Source: Amoeboradix gromovi X-113 (taxonomy: Eukaryota > Fungi > Sanchytriomycota). From it: a DNA stretch of 32,000 bases. The stretch is from NCBI GenBank assembly GCA_018985225.1, contig JADGIF010000016.1, forward strand, positions 1-32,000, written 5' to 3'. Below the pieces are notes generated by a model, which was given only the letters and a program-made list of their open reading frames with translations, did no database searches and was not told the DNA's origin. Each line of letters begins with the position of its first letter. Position 1 is the stretch's first letter. Made by a program: the position numbers and the translations under genes. This document shows, one piece after another, positions 1 through 9,921 of this stretch.

Positions 1-306
1 CAACAAGTGTCTATTATCTCCATTATCAACTATCTTCTCTAGGAATCGTACACCCACAAGGTTCTCTGGTAAGTCTTTTGCAGAACTGATTTTATCAAAT
101 GTAGGCTTGTCATAGGGACATTGGTATCGGTAGTAAGGCTTCTCTGTACAATACTCCTTGATTACTTGTTTTGCATGGGGCAGTAATGACAAAAAATGTC
201 CAATGTATTACTCAGGTTAAAGGGTTAAATTTGATGTCCCAGTTGTTTTCAGCGAAAATGAGTTAAAATGGCTGCTGGTGCTATAATTTTTATAACTGGA
301 GTCGCA

Positions 307-2355
307 ATGTTCTATTTGAAAGATGTTATTGACCGCCATGAAAAAGATTGCAAATCTGTGGCTTACTGGAATGGTTCAATTTGCTCTACATCCAGAGATC
401 ACACTGCATATGTGGGCTACATGTTTAAGGGCGATGCTTTTCTTAACAGCATTTACGTAAAAAATGGCACTATTTATGTAGGTAGTCAATCTGGAATTTT
501 ATACAGATTTGATGGTGATACAAAATATGAGTATCAAATTCACAACGGCAACATCACTTGCATTTCAAACTTTAATTTCTACATTGTTACTGGAGGATGG
601 GACAACACTGTGAGAATTACCAATGAAAATGACTTCAAAGACTCTTTATTTGTCAATCTGCCTCACGCTGTTTGGGCAGTACTAGTTGTGGATGACTTCA
701 TATTTGCAGGTTGTGCAGATGGTAATATCTATAAATTAAATCAAAAATTGAAGATATTAAGTACGATTAAGGCCCATTCACAACCAGTAAGGTCTCTTTC
801 AAAGTATAACAGCTGTATCGCTTCGTGTTCAAATGACGCCACAATTAAAATATGGAGTTTAAATGGTGACCTACAACACGAATGGTTTGGACATACATCG
901 TTTATTTACAGTATAGCAACAGTCAAACTCGATGAGGACTATTTGATTAGTGTTGGCGAAGACAATTGCTGTAAAATATGGCATAGAGGCAACATAGTAC
1001 AAAATATTCCAATACCAGAGCAAAGTTTGTGGAATGTCTCCGCAAATTTCAGAGAATTCGCTATAGCTTCAAGCAGTGGCAAGGTTTACGAGTTTACTAC
1101 AAATGTGGAATGCAAGGCTGAAGAATCGATCAAAGCAAAATTTGATAAAGAGCTAAGTCAGTTTTGTATAGCAAAGGAAACTGTGGACAACATAAACATC
1201 GAGTCAATTCCTGATGCCTCTATTCTTGATAAGCCTGGTCCTAAGGAGGGCCATGTTCAGATGGTCAAGGAGTTAGGCAAGGTATTTGCGTACTCGTGGT
1301 CAAGCCAGAAATGGGTAAAAATAGGCGAGGTAGTCAATTCTGTTGGTAGTAACCACAAGCAGATATACGATGGCAAAGAATACGACTATTTATTTGATGT
1401 TGAAATTGATTCGAAAATGTTGAAAATGCCTGTGAACGCAAATGATAATCCGTATTCCGCAGCTTTAACTTTTATGAACAAAAATAGCATAGACCATAGC
1501 AATCTGGACGAAATTGCTAATTTTATTATCAAAAATACAAGTTCTGTCGGTACTTTAAACTCTACTCAATTTAAAGACCCCTTGACTGGTAATAGTGGAT
1601 ACGTTCCAAATGCGGTTAGCCAAGAGCTGAGTTCGATGACTGGGACTTCATTTGACTATGCTAAACATATCCACTCGTATTTTATTTACCAGAATACAAG
1701 CGTTGATAAAGTCAAGTCAAAACTGATCGAATTTAATGACTTGTATCCCGAAAAGCACGATATTGAGAGCCTCTTTACCCAGAACCCAAAGTCTATTGAG
1801 GTTTTTCAATCTGTGCTGCATTCATGGAAGGCAGAGCACAAGTTTCCAGTTCTGGACGCATTTAGACTTTATGTGTTGGAGAATAACGATCCTACTATAC
1901 CAGTGTACTTATTCGATCAAGAAATGATTAAAGATTCTGATGCGTCAGACGATCGGAACGTGCTTATGCTTCTAAGGGCCTTTTGTAATTTATTCCAGCT
2001 GCATGAGTCGTTTATTAGTACCCACATTGGTCAGCTTATTAACACCCTAGCTGTACTAATGCCAGATACTGTCAAGTCAATGCAGGTATTTACTGCAGCT
2101 GTACTAAACCTTAGTATTCTTATGGTCAAATTGAGTGTTGGAAAACCTCTTTATTGTAGAAACCTCTATCAACTACTTGGACATGCAATAGAGAAAAAGT
2201 CCGAAGAGATTGGTTACAGGGCTCTACTTAGTGCGAAACTTCTAGTAATATCATAACTAATTCAGACTGTCATCGATCCTACTCTGCAAATTGTGGAAAT
2301 TGAAATTGAATGCAAAAACTACGATAAATGTAAAGACCTATTAGACAGCAAGTAA
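307..2355 (+). CDS. DOA1: Doa1/Ufd3/PLAA ubiquitin-Cdc48 cofactor (WD40-PFU-PUL); exons 307-2244 and 2266-2355
   Basis: WD40 repeats (GGWDNTVR, HSQPVRSL, SCSNDATIKIW, GHTSFIYS), PFU motif YDGKEYDYLFDVEI...NPYSAA, PUL motif FPVLDAFRL. Removing the 21-nt intron 2245-2265 removes the in-frame TAA and extends the frame to TAA 2353-2355. Start could be ATG 268 or 307. Confidence 0.93.
2245..2265 (+). other. 21-nt spliceosomal intron (gtaatatcataactaattcag)
   Basis: GT..AG, contains the in-frame stop, CTAAT branch-like motif with A at -6; removal gives LL|TVIDPTLQ... Confidence 0.75.
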
Positions 2356-2361
2356 ACTCAT

Positions 2362-3918
2362 TTATTTCTTTTCAAACTTGGCTAATTGTAAATTCTTTGA
2401 GTCAATAACAAGCTGAAACTCAGACTTCAAAATATCCAAGGTTGCCAAATGCTCGTCTTGTATTAAAGTGTGTTCAGCATCATGTTTACGCTGTAATATT
2501 TGTAATTGATCAGATAAATGCAAACTATGAGCATCCTTTGACTGAACTGCTTCATTCAACAACAAAACTTGATGTTTAAGATCAGCCAAAGATTTCGTAT
2601 CAGACCTACTGCTGAGCTTAGCATGTAAATCAGCTATCTCCATGTTTGCCTGCAAGTAAGATTTAGTCAACTGGTTGCACTTGGACAATAGCGCATTGTT
2701 CTCATTAGCAGAACACTTCAAATTAATCGTATTTATTTCGTAGGACTTACGCAAATCATCAATTATAGTAATCTTCTCATCAACAATAGACATTAGATGC
2801 TTGGTTTTTAAATCCACTTGTTCGGACAGCTTCATTTCAAATTGGGAATGAATTGTTTGAAGCTCAAGAGATTTAGCCTCTTCTAGCTTGGATATAAACG
2901 TCGAATCAATGGATTTAAGTTCACATGAATGGTTAAATTTTAACTTAACGATTTCTTCTTTTTGAGCTTCGAGCATCTCTTTTTTTAATTTGTGAACTTG
3001 ATCATGCTTGGATTTTTCATACTCAATTCTAAGATCTACAAGCCTAGATTCATGCTCTTTTCTTTGCACAGAAATTTCGCACTCGAGAGATTTGACTACT
3101 GAAAATTTTGATAAATTGATGTCATTTTCACATTTTTTCAATTTTTCATTGAAATCGTTTTCTAGCCTCAACTTCTGCTTTTGATTTTCCCATTCAGCTT
3201 CCTCTACTAATTTCTGAAGTCTTGAATCAAATCTTGTTTGCTCTTCCTGTCTGGTTTTATCTTTCACACTAATAATTTCATTTTGCAACCTTTTGGCATC
3301 AAAAAGATGCTCCTTTTGAAGTTCAGATATGGCATTATTAATATCTTCGCGATGTCTTTCCTTTAATTTGAAAACCTCAATGCGATTTTGCTGCACAATC
3401 TTTTCTATGTCTGGTTCCATCATTTTCATAGTTTGTCTTTTTATCTTTTCCGTCCTTTCTTGCAGTATACGTTCACGATTAGTTTGCTCGTTTTTTTGCC
3501 AAATCTTGAGTTTGATTTTGGAATCTTTACAGAACAATTCACGCTGGTCATCTAATTTGTCTTTAAATTCAGACTCTTTTTTTTTGAACATTTTTTGAAG
3601 CCTTTCCATGTTGTCTACAAGTTTTTCGTTTTCTTCTTGAGCTTTTTTCAGCAATGTCTGGCAATTTTTAAGCTGAAAAATCATTCCATCTCTTGGCTTT
3701 TGTGATGACTTCAATGTCAAGTCTTTGATTATTTCTTTTTGATTTTGAACTTTTTTTTGAAGTATCAGAATTTCATTATTTGTTACATATTCTTTGATAT
3801 TTTGACTAAATAAATCTTGCTTTGAATCTGACTTCTCTTTTTGAAGCCAGGCCAGAATGTTATTTGCAGATGATGTTGATGCAGTGCTCTTATAAGATTT
3901 TATTGAGTTATTATTCAT
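2362..3918 (-). CDS. CEP131: Centrosomal/centriolar-satellite coiled-coil protein CEP131 (AZI1)-like
   Basis: Long coiled coil; RERILQERTEKIKRQTMKMMEPDIEKIVQQNRIEVFKLKERH matches the conserved CEP131 block (..EKTKKIKE.T..GLEPEIQKLI..HK.E...LK..H). Confidence 0.7.
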   Translation of the reverse strand: MNNNSIKSYKSTASTSSANNILAWLQKEKSDSKQDLFSQNIKEYVTNNEILILQKKVQNQKEIIKDLTLKSSQKPRDGMIFQLKNCQTLLKKAQEENEKLVDNMERLQKMFKKKESEFKDKLDDQRELFCKDSKIKLKIWQKNEQTNRERILQERTEKIKRQTMKMMEPDIEKIVQQNRIEVFKLKERHREDINNAISELQKEHLFDAKRLQNEIISVKDKTRQEEQTRFDSRLQKLVEEAEWENQKQKLRLENDFNEKLKKCENDINLSKFSVVKSLECEISVQRKEHESRLVDLRIEYEKSKHDQVHKLKKEMLEAQKEEIVKLKFNHSCELKSIDSTFISKLEEAKSLELQTIHSQFEMKLSEQVDLKTKHLMSIVDEKITIIDDLRKSYEINTINLKCSANENNALLSKCNQLTKSYLQANMEIADLHAKLSSRSDTKSLADLKHQVLLLNEAVQSKDAHSLHLSDQLQILQRKHDAEHTLIQDEHLATLDILKSEFQLVIDSKNLQLAKFEKK

Positions 3919-3959
3919 CCAAAGGCCTTTTTACATACAGTGAATTTATTCTTTTTTGG

Positions 3960-4637
3960 ATGAAACATTATCCAAATTTATCGCTACTTTTAAGCGAAGA
4001 GATATCTAATGAACTTCTCGAAAGATTTGATATTGCCACACTAGCTGCAATGCCTTCGTCCAACTTATATAGAAATGAATCAGTAAAGAAGCATGTTTTT
4101 TTCAAAGAGTACGAATCTCAGGTTTCACGCAACATCACTAAATTGCTTTGCAATAAATTAATCTTATGTGCCCGTGTTGACTTGCAGAAAGAATTTCAAG
4201 ATGGGTCATTTGCTCGAAGTTGTCTCGAACAAATTGAAAAACGATTAGATAAACTTCTTGAACCGCCTCCATTAACCAAGGACAAACCCTTAGTTATTCA
4301 TACCGAAATCAAAAAAAGGCGCGGAGGAAAACGCAAGTCCAAGTTTAATCAAACTGAGGCTCAGAAGCTAAGAAATAGAATGGCTTTTAATGTACCGCAA
4401 ATTGAGAACATTGTTTTTGATGAGGTGGAAGAATTGGGCATGCTCAGACATAATTCCAAGTCCGCTAGTACCGATAAAAAATCAAAATCTCTCCCAAAAG
4501 TTATTAAGCAACGACTGGATAGACTGGATAAGAACAAGACCCATGGGATTCAGTCTTTGAGTATTGATAAAACTCAATCCTTGGAGCTTAAAAATCCAGA
4601 TCATCCCCAAGAAAGGAAATCCAAGTGGTTTAAATAA
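3960..4637 (+). CDS. PRP31: U4/U6 snRNP protein Prp31, N-terminally shortened (~225 aa)
   Basis: Nop domain (PNLSLLL..LAAMPSSNL..ARVD..DGS) and Prp31 C-terminal motif DKLLEPPP..KPL..KKRRGGKR..TE..KLRNRMAF. First in-frame ATG outside CEP131 is at 3960. Confidence 0.85.
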   Translation: MKHYPNLSLLLSEEISNELLERFDIATLAAMPSSNLYRNESVKKHVFFKEYESQVSRNITKLLCNKLILCARVDLQKEFQDGSFARSCLEQIEKRLDKLLEPPPLTKDKPLVIHTEIKKRRGGKRKSKFNQTEAQKLRNRMAFNVPQIENIVFDEVEELGMLRHNSKSASTDKKSKSLPKVIKQRLDRLDKNKTHGIQSLSIDKTQSLELKNPDHPQERKSKWFK

Positions 4638-4647
4638 TAAATTTATT
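4636..4647. terminator. Palindromic bidirectional poly(A)-like signal AATAAATTTATT
   Basis: AATAAA on both strands overlapping the stop codons of convergent PRP31 (ends 4637) and the Myb gene (ends 4643). Confidence 0.5.
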
Positions 4648-5677
4648 TGCTGTGATGCAGCTGATTTAATCGTTTGCCATCTTTTTCTAAGTAATGCAGG
4701 CAAATATCCAAAACAGTCAAATTTTTACCATTAAAAACTGATTTGGTGAGATGGATAAATCTAGTCCTTGCATGATGATTTGTGAAATATCTGATTTGAG
4801 CGCATGTATTGTTTTCAAAATCACTGGCCAACGCATAAGTGATCTTTTTAGCAACTTCAACCCATCTTATAGAATGGACACTGGTGACATTTAACATTTG
4901 CACTGCGTTTAATAAGTTCAGATCATCCTGAAATGTCCAATCCACTTTCGAACGACTTGCTCTTTTAGGAAGATCATTAGTCTCTTTCAATACTATGGCG
5001 TTATCTAGAATCTGAGCATCAACTGATTTCCATACTTTGGTAGATAGGTCTTCCACCCACTTGTGCATACATTGGTTTGGAGTACGAGTTTTCATTTCTT
5101 CCGAAACTTTGGTCCATGGTACGGACTTGTGTAGATCTTTCATTTTTACATTACCTGATAATTGCAAATACTTCTCCAGTATTTTCACAAGCTTTTCCTG
5201 CTCTTCCATAGTCCATTCACCTTTTGTAACTATTCGTCCTCTATGTTTAAGCGTTTTGATATACCGATCTCTGCAGGATTCCGGCATTCGGTTCAAGGAT
5301 TCACCAATGTGGATCCAATTATTACCTACTTTAGAATGCAATGCAAGAATTTCCTCATCTTCTTCTTGTGTAAAAGCACCTTTAAAATTATTAGGATGAA
5401 GCATTCGCTTTACTCTATAGTATATGGCACTATGTGCTCTTTGTGGCAATATCTCTGTTGACAAATACTTGTAAAATATCTTTCTCAAATCTTTTCTTGT
5501 GTGTTCAAATATTATTTGCAATAACTCGGGTTTTGACAATGCATGCAAATTACAGAATTTCTCAATTCCCACTGAAAGTTCTATTACCTCTTCTCTCGTG
5601 AATATCCCGTCCTTTAAGCCCGCTTCTTTCCTCTGTTCTTTTGTCAAAAAGCATTTTGTTTGTCCTCCGGTCAACAT
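4643..5677 (-). CDS. Myb/SANT-repeat DNA-binding protein, Reb1/TTF1/DMP1-like
   Basis: KGAFTQEEDEEILALHSKVGNNWIHIG..R.PESCRDRY; KGEWTMEEQEKL..VPWTKVSEEMKTRTPNQCMHKW; WTFQDDLNLL. Confidence 0.85.
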   Translation of the reverse strand: MLTGGQTKCFLTKEQRKEAGLKDGIFTREEVIELSVGIEKFCNLHALSKPELLQIIFEHTRKDLRKIFYKYLSTEILPQRAHSAIYYRVKRMLHPNNFKGAFTQEEDEEILALHSKVGNNWIHIGESLNRMPESCRDRYIKTLKHRGRIVTKGEWTMEEQEKLVKILEKYLQLSGNVKMKDLHKSVPWTKVSEEMKTRTPNQCMHKWVEDLSTKVWKSVDAQILDNAIVLKETNDLPKRASRSKVDWTFQDDLNLLNAVQMLNVTSVHSIRWVEVAKKITYALASDFENNTCAQIRYFTNHHARTRFIHLTKSVFNGKNLTVLDICLHYLEKDGKRLNQLHHSK

Positions 5678-5704
5678 GGTTTACAGTTTAAGGGGTCATG
5701 AATT

Positions 5705-5918
5705 TTACACCGTTGAAGATTTGTAATGTCAAATGGACGGCAATATTCTTCGGCGCAAAATAGATTCTCCAAACTCACAACACATGGTATGGAAGATATG
5801 TCTTTTTTAAGTTGTTCAAGAATAGCCTTAAGAGCGTCGTCAAGCATGAAGCGGTCATTGAAAAGCTTACCAATACAGCTCTACTCACTAACAGATATTG
5901 TAAATACTATTTATTCAC
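5705..5918 (+). mobile_element. Truncated 5' end of a Fanzor1-type element, paralogous to 18815-19300
   Basis: Clear DNA and protein similarity to the reverse complement of ~19075-19300 (end ttacaccgttgaagatttgtaatgtcaaa vs ttatactgttgaaaattttgaaatgtcaaa; FFKLFKNSLKSVVKHEAVIEKLTNTALLTNR vs FFQYVKTSLKSVVRNEAVSEKLTNAALLTNR). Confidence 0.7.
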
Positions 5919-5954
5919 CAAAGCCTTGATCATATTTATGTATAATGCACTACT

Positions 5955-8591
5955 CTATTTGGACGGGAAGAAATCATCAAAAGACTTTGTTTTGTAATCT
6001 CCCAAGAATTCAAATGTCGTTTCCTCTACTCTATTACTTTGTGTGATGTCCAGGTGCTTAAACTGTGTCGCAAAATCAAATAAATCCTCTCCAGGCGTAT
6101 ATTGACTGCTTAAGTATTCTTGATTTAAGGTCCCCAATGTGCTGAAGTTAGCAAACGACTGTTCAAACAATGTGGAATCAAAGGGCACTGTCTTTTCATC
6201 GACCTGCTTTTTATCCTTTTGTTGTTTATCCATTGGTTTTACCAGTTGCAATTGAGATGGTTTTAAATTGTTCAAGGGCCCCTCAACCAATAAGTCCTGG
6301 TTTTTGAAGTGCATGATCAAATGATACCACAAAGAATTCTTTGATAACACTCGTGGGTTACCCACAATCAACAATCCATATTTCGCTCTAGTTATCGCAA
6401 CGTTTAGTCTTCTAGGATCTTTCAAAAACCCAATTCCTTGCTTCTCATTACTTCTAACACATGTTAAAATAATGTAGTCCTTCTCTCTGCCCTGAAATGA
6501 ATCCACACTTGCTATCTCTATTTTGCTTAAACACTCCCTACTTATTGATCCATTGTTCATCATGTGTGATGTTATAAAAGCTCTCTGTCCCTCATATGGT
6601 GTGATGATGCCAATTTGTTCTGGTAGAATGCCTTTTAATAACTTCACTACTATTTTATCGACAACACTCGCTTCTGTTCGATTTAAGTAGCTCAAACCAC
6701 TGCCACTCATTTCTTCCTGTCCTTGGCAATTAAAAAACAGCATAGGCAATTCATTATTGGGCCACGGAAATTGCAAAGTTGGCTGTCTGTTTAACCTGTT
6801 AACACCGTTTTGCAAATTGCCTTCATAAAACATATTACTAGGGAACTCAGATAAACCAGGATGCATTCTGTACTGTATTTGCAGCATCAAAGGCTTAAAC
6901 CCATTTTTGACCAGTCTTTCAAACAACGAAACTGTTAGTCCCGCTTTTGCTACTGTTTTACTCATAATTACAGGTGGTAATTGCTCATGGTCACCTATTA
7001 AGACTGCTCTCTTGCACCCCATTATCAAAGGTATCAGAGATTCAGGCTCAGTGGCTTGCGTAGCTTCGTCAATTACCACAGTTTCAAATGTCATTCTACC
7101 AAGTCTAGGATCACCCGCACCCACACATGTACAGCAAATAACATCGGCTTCTTCCAATATTTTGCGCTCTACTTGCTTTCTTAAATCTCTAATTCTTTTG
7201 TCTTCCGCTGCGCTCAGTTCCTCAACGGATTGTTTTTTTGTCAATAGTGCAGAATACTCGTGACTGATTTCAGCCTTATCAGCTATTGAATGAACGCTAA
7301 GAAATGCCACACTACTTTCAACGTGTTCTCTACTCTTTGCAGTTAATCTAACAACATTTAGCTTCGCCTGATTTAATTTCTCACACAACTGATCACACGC
7401 CACATTACTAGGCGAGCAAACCAGAACTTTAGATCTTGTGGCACGCTGTAAGTGATAAACAACAGTAGCACTTGTAACTGTCTTTCCAGTACCCGGTGGA
7501 CCTTGAACTAGTGAAAAATTAGATTTCAGAACGTTTGTAGCCACCTCTATTTGTATAGGATTAAGTTTAGGAAGCCCTTGTACTTGGATATTCCGAGGAA
7601 TTTGTAAGTCACTTGATTTGGGAAACAATGACTTGCCCAATATTATGTTATAAATGTGGGATGATATGGCATTTCTGTTGGTTGTAAATTGTTTTAATGC
7701 ATAGTGCATTCTGTCGAAACTAGTGGACTTCCAACAAAACTCAATTTTATAGGATTCAGTAAGATTCAACATTGGGTCTCCATGCATAGCAAGAGGGTTT
7801 CGATCCCTAATAGGCATTCTTTTGAACTCTGCGACGATATAAATATTGGTGTTATGTGGCAGTTCAATAACAGTAAAGTACCCTTCCCAGAGTTTACTCA
7901 ACTCACCATGATAAGTAATCTTTAAATCGTCACCCAAATTCAGCTTCAATTCATCGTATTTGGATAATTGAAACTCAGCTAAATTCGAGGACTTCCAGCG
8001 AATGGAGATGTTATCCTGAGTATTCATTTCCTTCAATATTTTATCGTAGTCAGCTTCAGCTTGAATTAATGGAGTGAGAACTTGTTTATACTCACTACCA
8101 TTCTCATATTTGGGAAGCACTGGAGGAAGTTCAATTTCAGACTCTTCTTGAATTAAAGAACGAGTTGGATAGTGTTCGAGGTGAATAGTTTGTAAATCTT
8201 GAATATTCAATGCAGATCTCTTAGATTCAATAATCCAATCTTGAACAGCTTTGTCTAGAATTAAAGGTTCCCACATACTGGTATTCCATTCGCTGGTAAG
8301 CTTGTTGGTACCATTGCAATCTCGACAAACTATAATCATAGTTTCATTGCTCTGCGCAGGAATCGAACCTAGAATAAATATATTTTTGGTCTTACAAGTA
8401 TAGCAATCAATATCTAATGGGCCCAAAGGATGAGAGCTAGGTAATTCACACTCAGCATGCTTTGCTTTTATGCAGTGATAGACATAATGTGATACATTCT
8501 TGGTAGTGTCATTGCAAAATAGCTTAAAGCATATTTTGCATTGCAACAGTGACTCCATATCCTTTTGACAATAGCAACAGCATTCAGGCAT
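5955..8591 (-). CDS. UPF1: Upf1/Nam7 SF1 RNA helicase (nonsense-mediated decay)
   Basis: N-terminal Cys/His zinc domain, QGPPGTGKT, IDEATQATEPE, GDHEQLPP, QYRMHP, SVDSFQGREKD, RRLNVAITRAK. Confidence 0.97.
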   Translation of the reverse strand: MPECCCYCQKDMESLLQCKICFKLFCNDTTKNVSHYVYHCIKAKHAECELPSSHPLGPLDIDCYTCKTKNIFILGSIPAQSNETMIIVCRDCNGTNKLTSEWNTSMWEPLILDKAVQDWIIESKRSALNIQDLQTIHLEHYPTRSLIQEESEIELPPVLPKYENGSEYKQVLTPLIQAEADYDKILKEMNTQDNISIRWKSSNLAEFQLSKYDELKLNLGDDLKITYHGELSKLWEGYFTVIELPHNTNIYIVAEFKRMPIRDRNPLAMHGDPMLNLTESYKIEFCWKSTSFDRMHYALKQFTTNRNAISSHIYNIILGKSLFPKSSDLQIPRNIQVQGLPKLNPIQIEVATNVLKSNFSLVQGPPGTGKTVTSATVVYHLQRATRSKVLVCSPSNVACDQLCEKLNQAKLNVVRLTAKSREHVESSVAFLSVHSIADKAEISHEYSALLTKKQSVEELSAAEDKRIRDLRKQVERKILEEADVICCTCVGAGDPRLGRMTFETVVIDEATQATEPESLIPLIMGCKRAVLIGDHEQLPPVIMSKTVAKAGLTVSLFERLVKNGFKPLMLQIQYRMHPGLSEFPSNMFYEGNLQNGVNRLNRQPTLQFPWPNNELPMLFFNCQGQEEMSGSGLSYLNRTEASVVDKIVVKLLKGILPEQIGIITPYEGQRAFITSHMMNNGSISRECLSKIEIASVDSFQGREKDYIILTCVRSNEKQGIGFLKDPRRLNVAITRAKYGLLIVGNPRVLSKNSLWYHLIMHFKNQDLLVEGPLNNLKPSQLQLVKPMDKQQKDKKQVDEKTVPFDSTLFEQSFANFSTLGTLNQEYLSSQYTPGEDLFDFATQFKHLDITQSNRVEETTFEFLGDYKTKSFDDFFPSK

Positions 8592-8675
8592 TTTAAAATT
8601 GTGTTTGATAGTCTCCTAAAAAATCTACGAAAAATATGAGCGAAAGCATCTAAAATATAACATCAAATTTATTAA

Positions 8676-9893
8676 CTATTCAACCATCGCATCTTCGTCA
8701 ACTTCCTTTTCGAAATCTCTAGGAGTAATTGTCATTTCAACTGAAGGAGCAAATGGAACATGCCGAAGATGCTCGATTACTTTAACTCTATATGAATCTA
8801 AAAATACTTAATATTTTCTAAATACTGAGGACTATTCATATCCGTCATATTGCTAGAAGGAACTTGTAGTATGTAATCTGGACCAAAGTAATCAAAGAAA
8901 CTGTTGTACGGAAGGTTTTGTTCTACATCAACACCGCAAGCAATAGAAGTTTCATAAGCCCAAGTACGACTAACGTTTCTCACGGTATAACCTCCTCCGC
9001 CCAATAGCATTATTGGAACATTGAATTTCTTTAGGAATCGAAGGCAGTTTGAGTGACCTAAATGTGACAAATTAAAGCAGCCTAGTTTATCACCAGATAA
9101 AGAATCCGCACCACTCTGTAATACAACCGCACCAGGTCTGTACCATTCCATGATGTGCTGTACTAAAGGCTCAAATATGGATTTGTAACTGTCATCATTA
9201 ATTCCTTCTTTTAATGGTACATTAACCGCATAATACTTTCCCTTATCAATTCCGATATCCATTAAATCACCAGTACCTGGAAAGAAGTTACCGTATTTAT
9301 GAAAAGATAAAGTCATTACTCTATCAGTGGTATAAAATGCTTCTTCCACGCCATCTAAATAAGTTAATGATACCTCCATGATGTACGTCAATGTCTATGT
9401 ACAAGACTCTTTCATGATATCTCAGCAACTCTAAAATTCCAAGTACTATATCATTTACGTAACAGAACCCACTGGCTTCGTATGCTTTACTATGGTGCAA
9501 GCCGCCTGACCAGTTAATAGCAATATCATAGTTGTTCAGCAATGAATTTGCTGCATCTATACTAGCACCAGCGCTAATTTGACAGAATTCAAAAAGTCCC
9601 TCGAAAGTTGGACAATCATCTCCAATGTTATACTTGGCTGCCTCCTTTTCTAAAGTAGCTCTAGTACTAGGTGACACCTTACTTAAAAAGTTGATATATT
9701 CGTCAGTGTGGAATCTTGTCAACTGCTGAACCGATGCTTTTTGTGGAGTAATCATTGTCATATGATCGAGAAGATTGTAGTTAACTATCAATTCGTGAGC
9801 AAGTTTGATTCTAAACGGTCGCATTGGATGAGTACCATAATGGTATATCCCAACCATTGGATCATACAAATAAGCCACTTTTGGAGTAGTCAT
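8676..9893 (-). CDS. RPD3: Class I histone deacetylase (Rpd3/Clr6/Hos2 family); exons 9893-9374, 9354-8808, 8787-8676
   Basis: HPMRP, GGLHH, GFCYVND, DIDVHHG|DGVEEAF (restored by 19-nt intron), [14 protein letters not shown]; C-terminal [13 protein letters not shown] restored by 20-nt intron. Exact paralog uncertain. Confidence 0.93.
8788..8807 (-). other. 20-nt intron (gtatttttagattcatatag)
   Basis: Removal joins LENIK to [16 protein letters not shown], the conserved class I HDAC tail. Confidence 0.85.
9355..9373 (-). other. 19-nt intron (gtatcattaacttatttag)
   Basis: Removal exactly restores the invariant HHGDGV catalytic motif. Confidence 0.95.
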
Positions 9894-9921
9894 ATAAAAC
9901 GTGGAGAATTTATAAAGAAAA

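Noticed and set aside
1-207. Open minus-strand frame running off the window edge (YIGHFLSLLPHAKQ...)
   Set aside because: No start codon or recognisable motif within the window; may be part of a neighbouring gene but cannot be supported.
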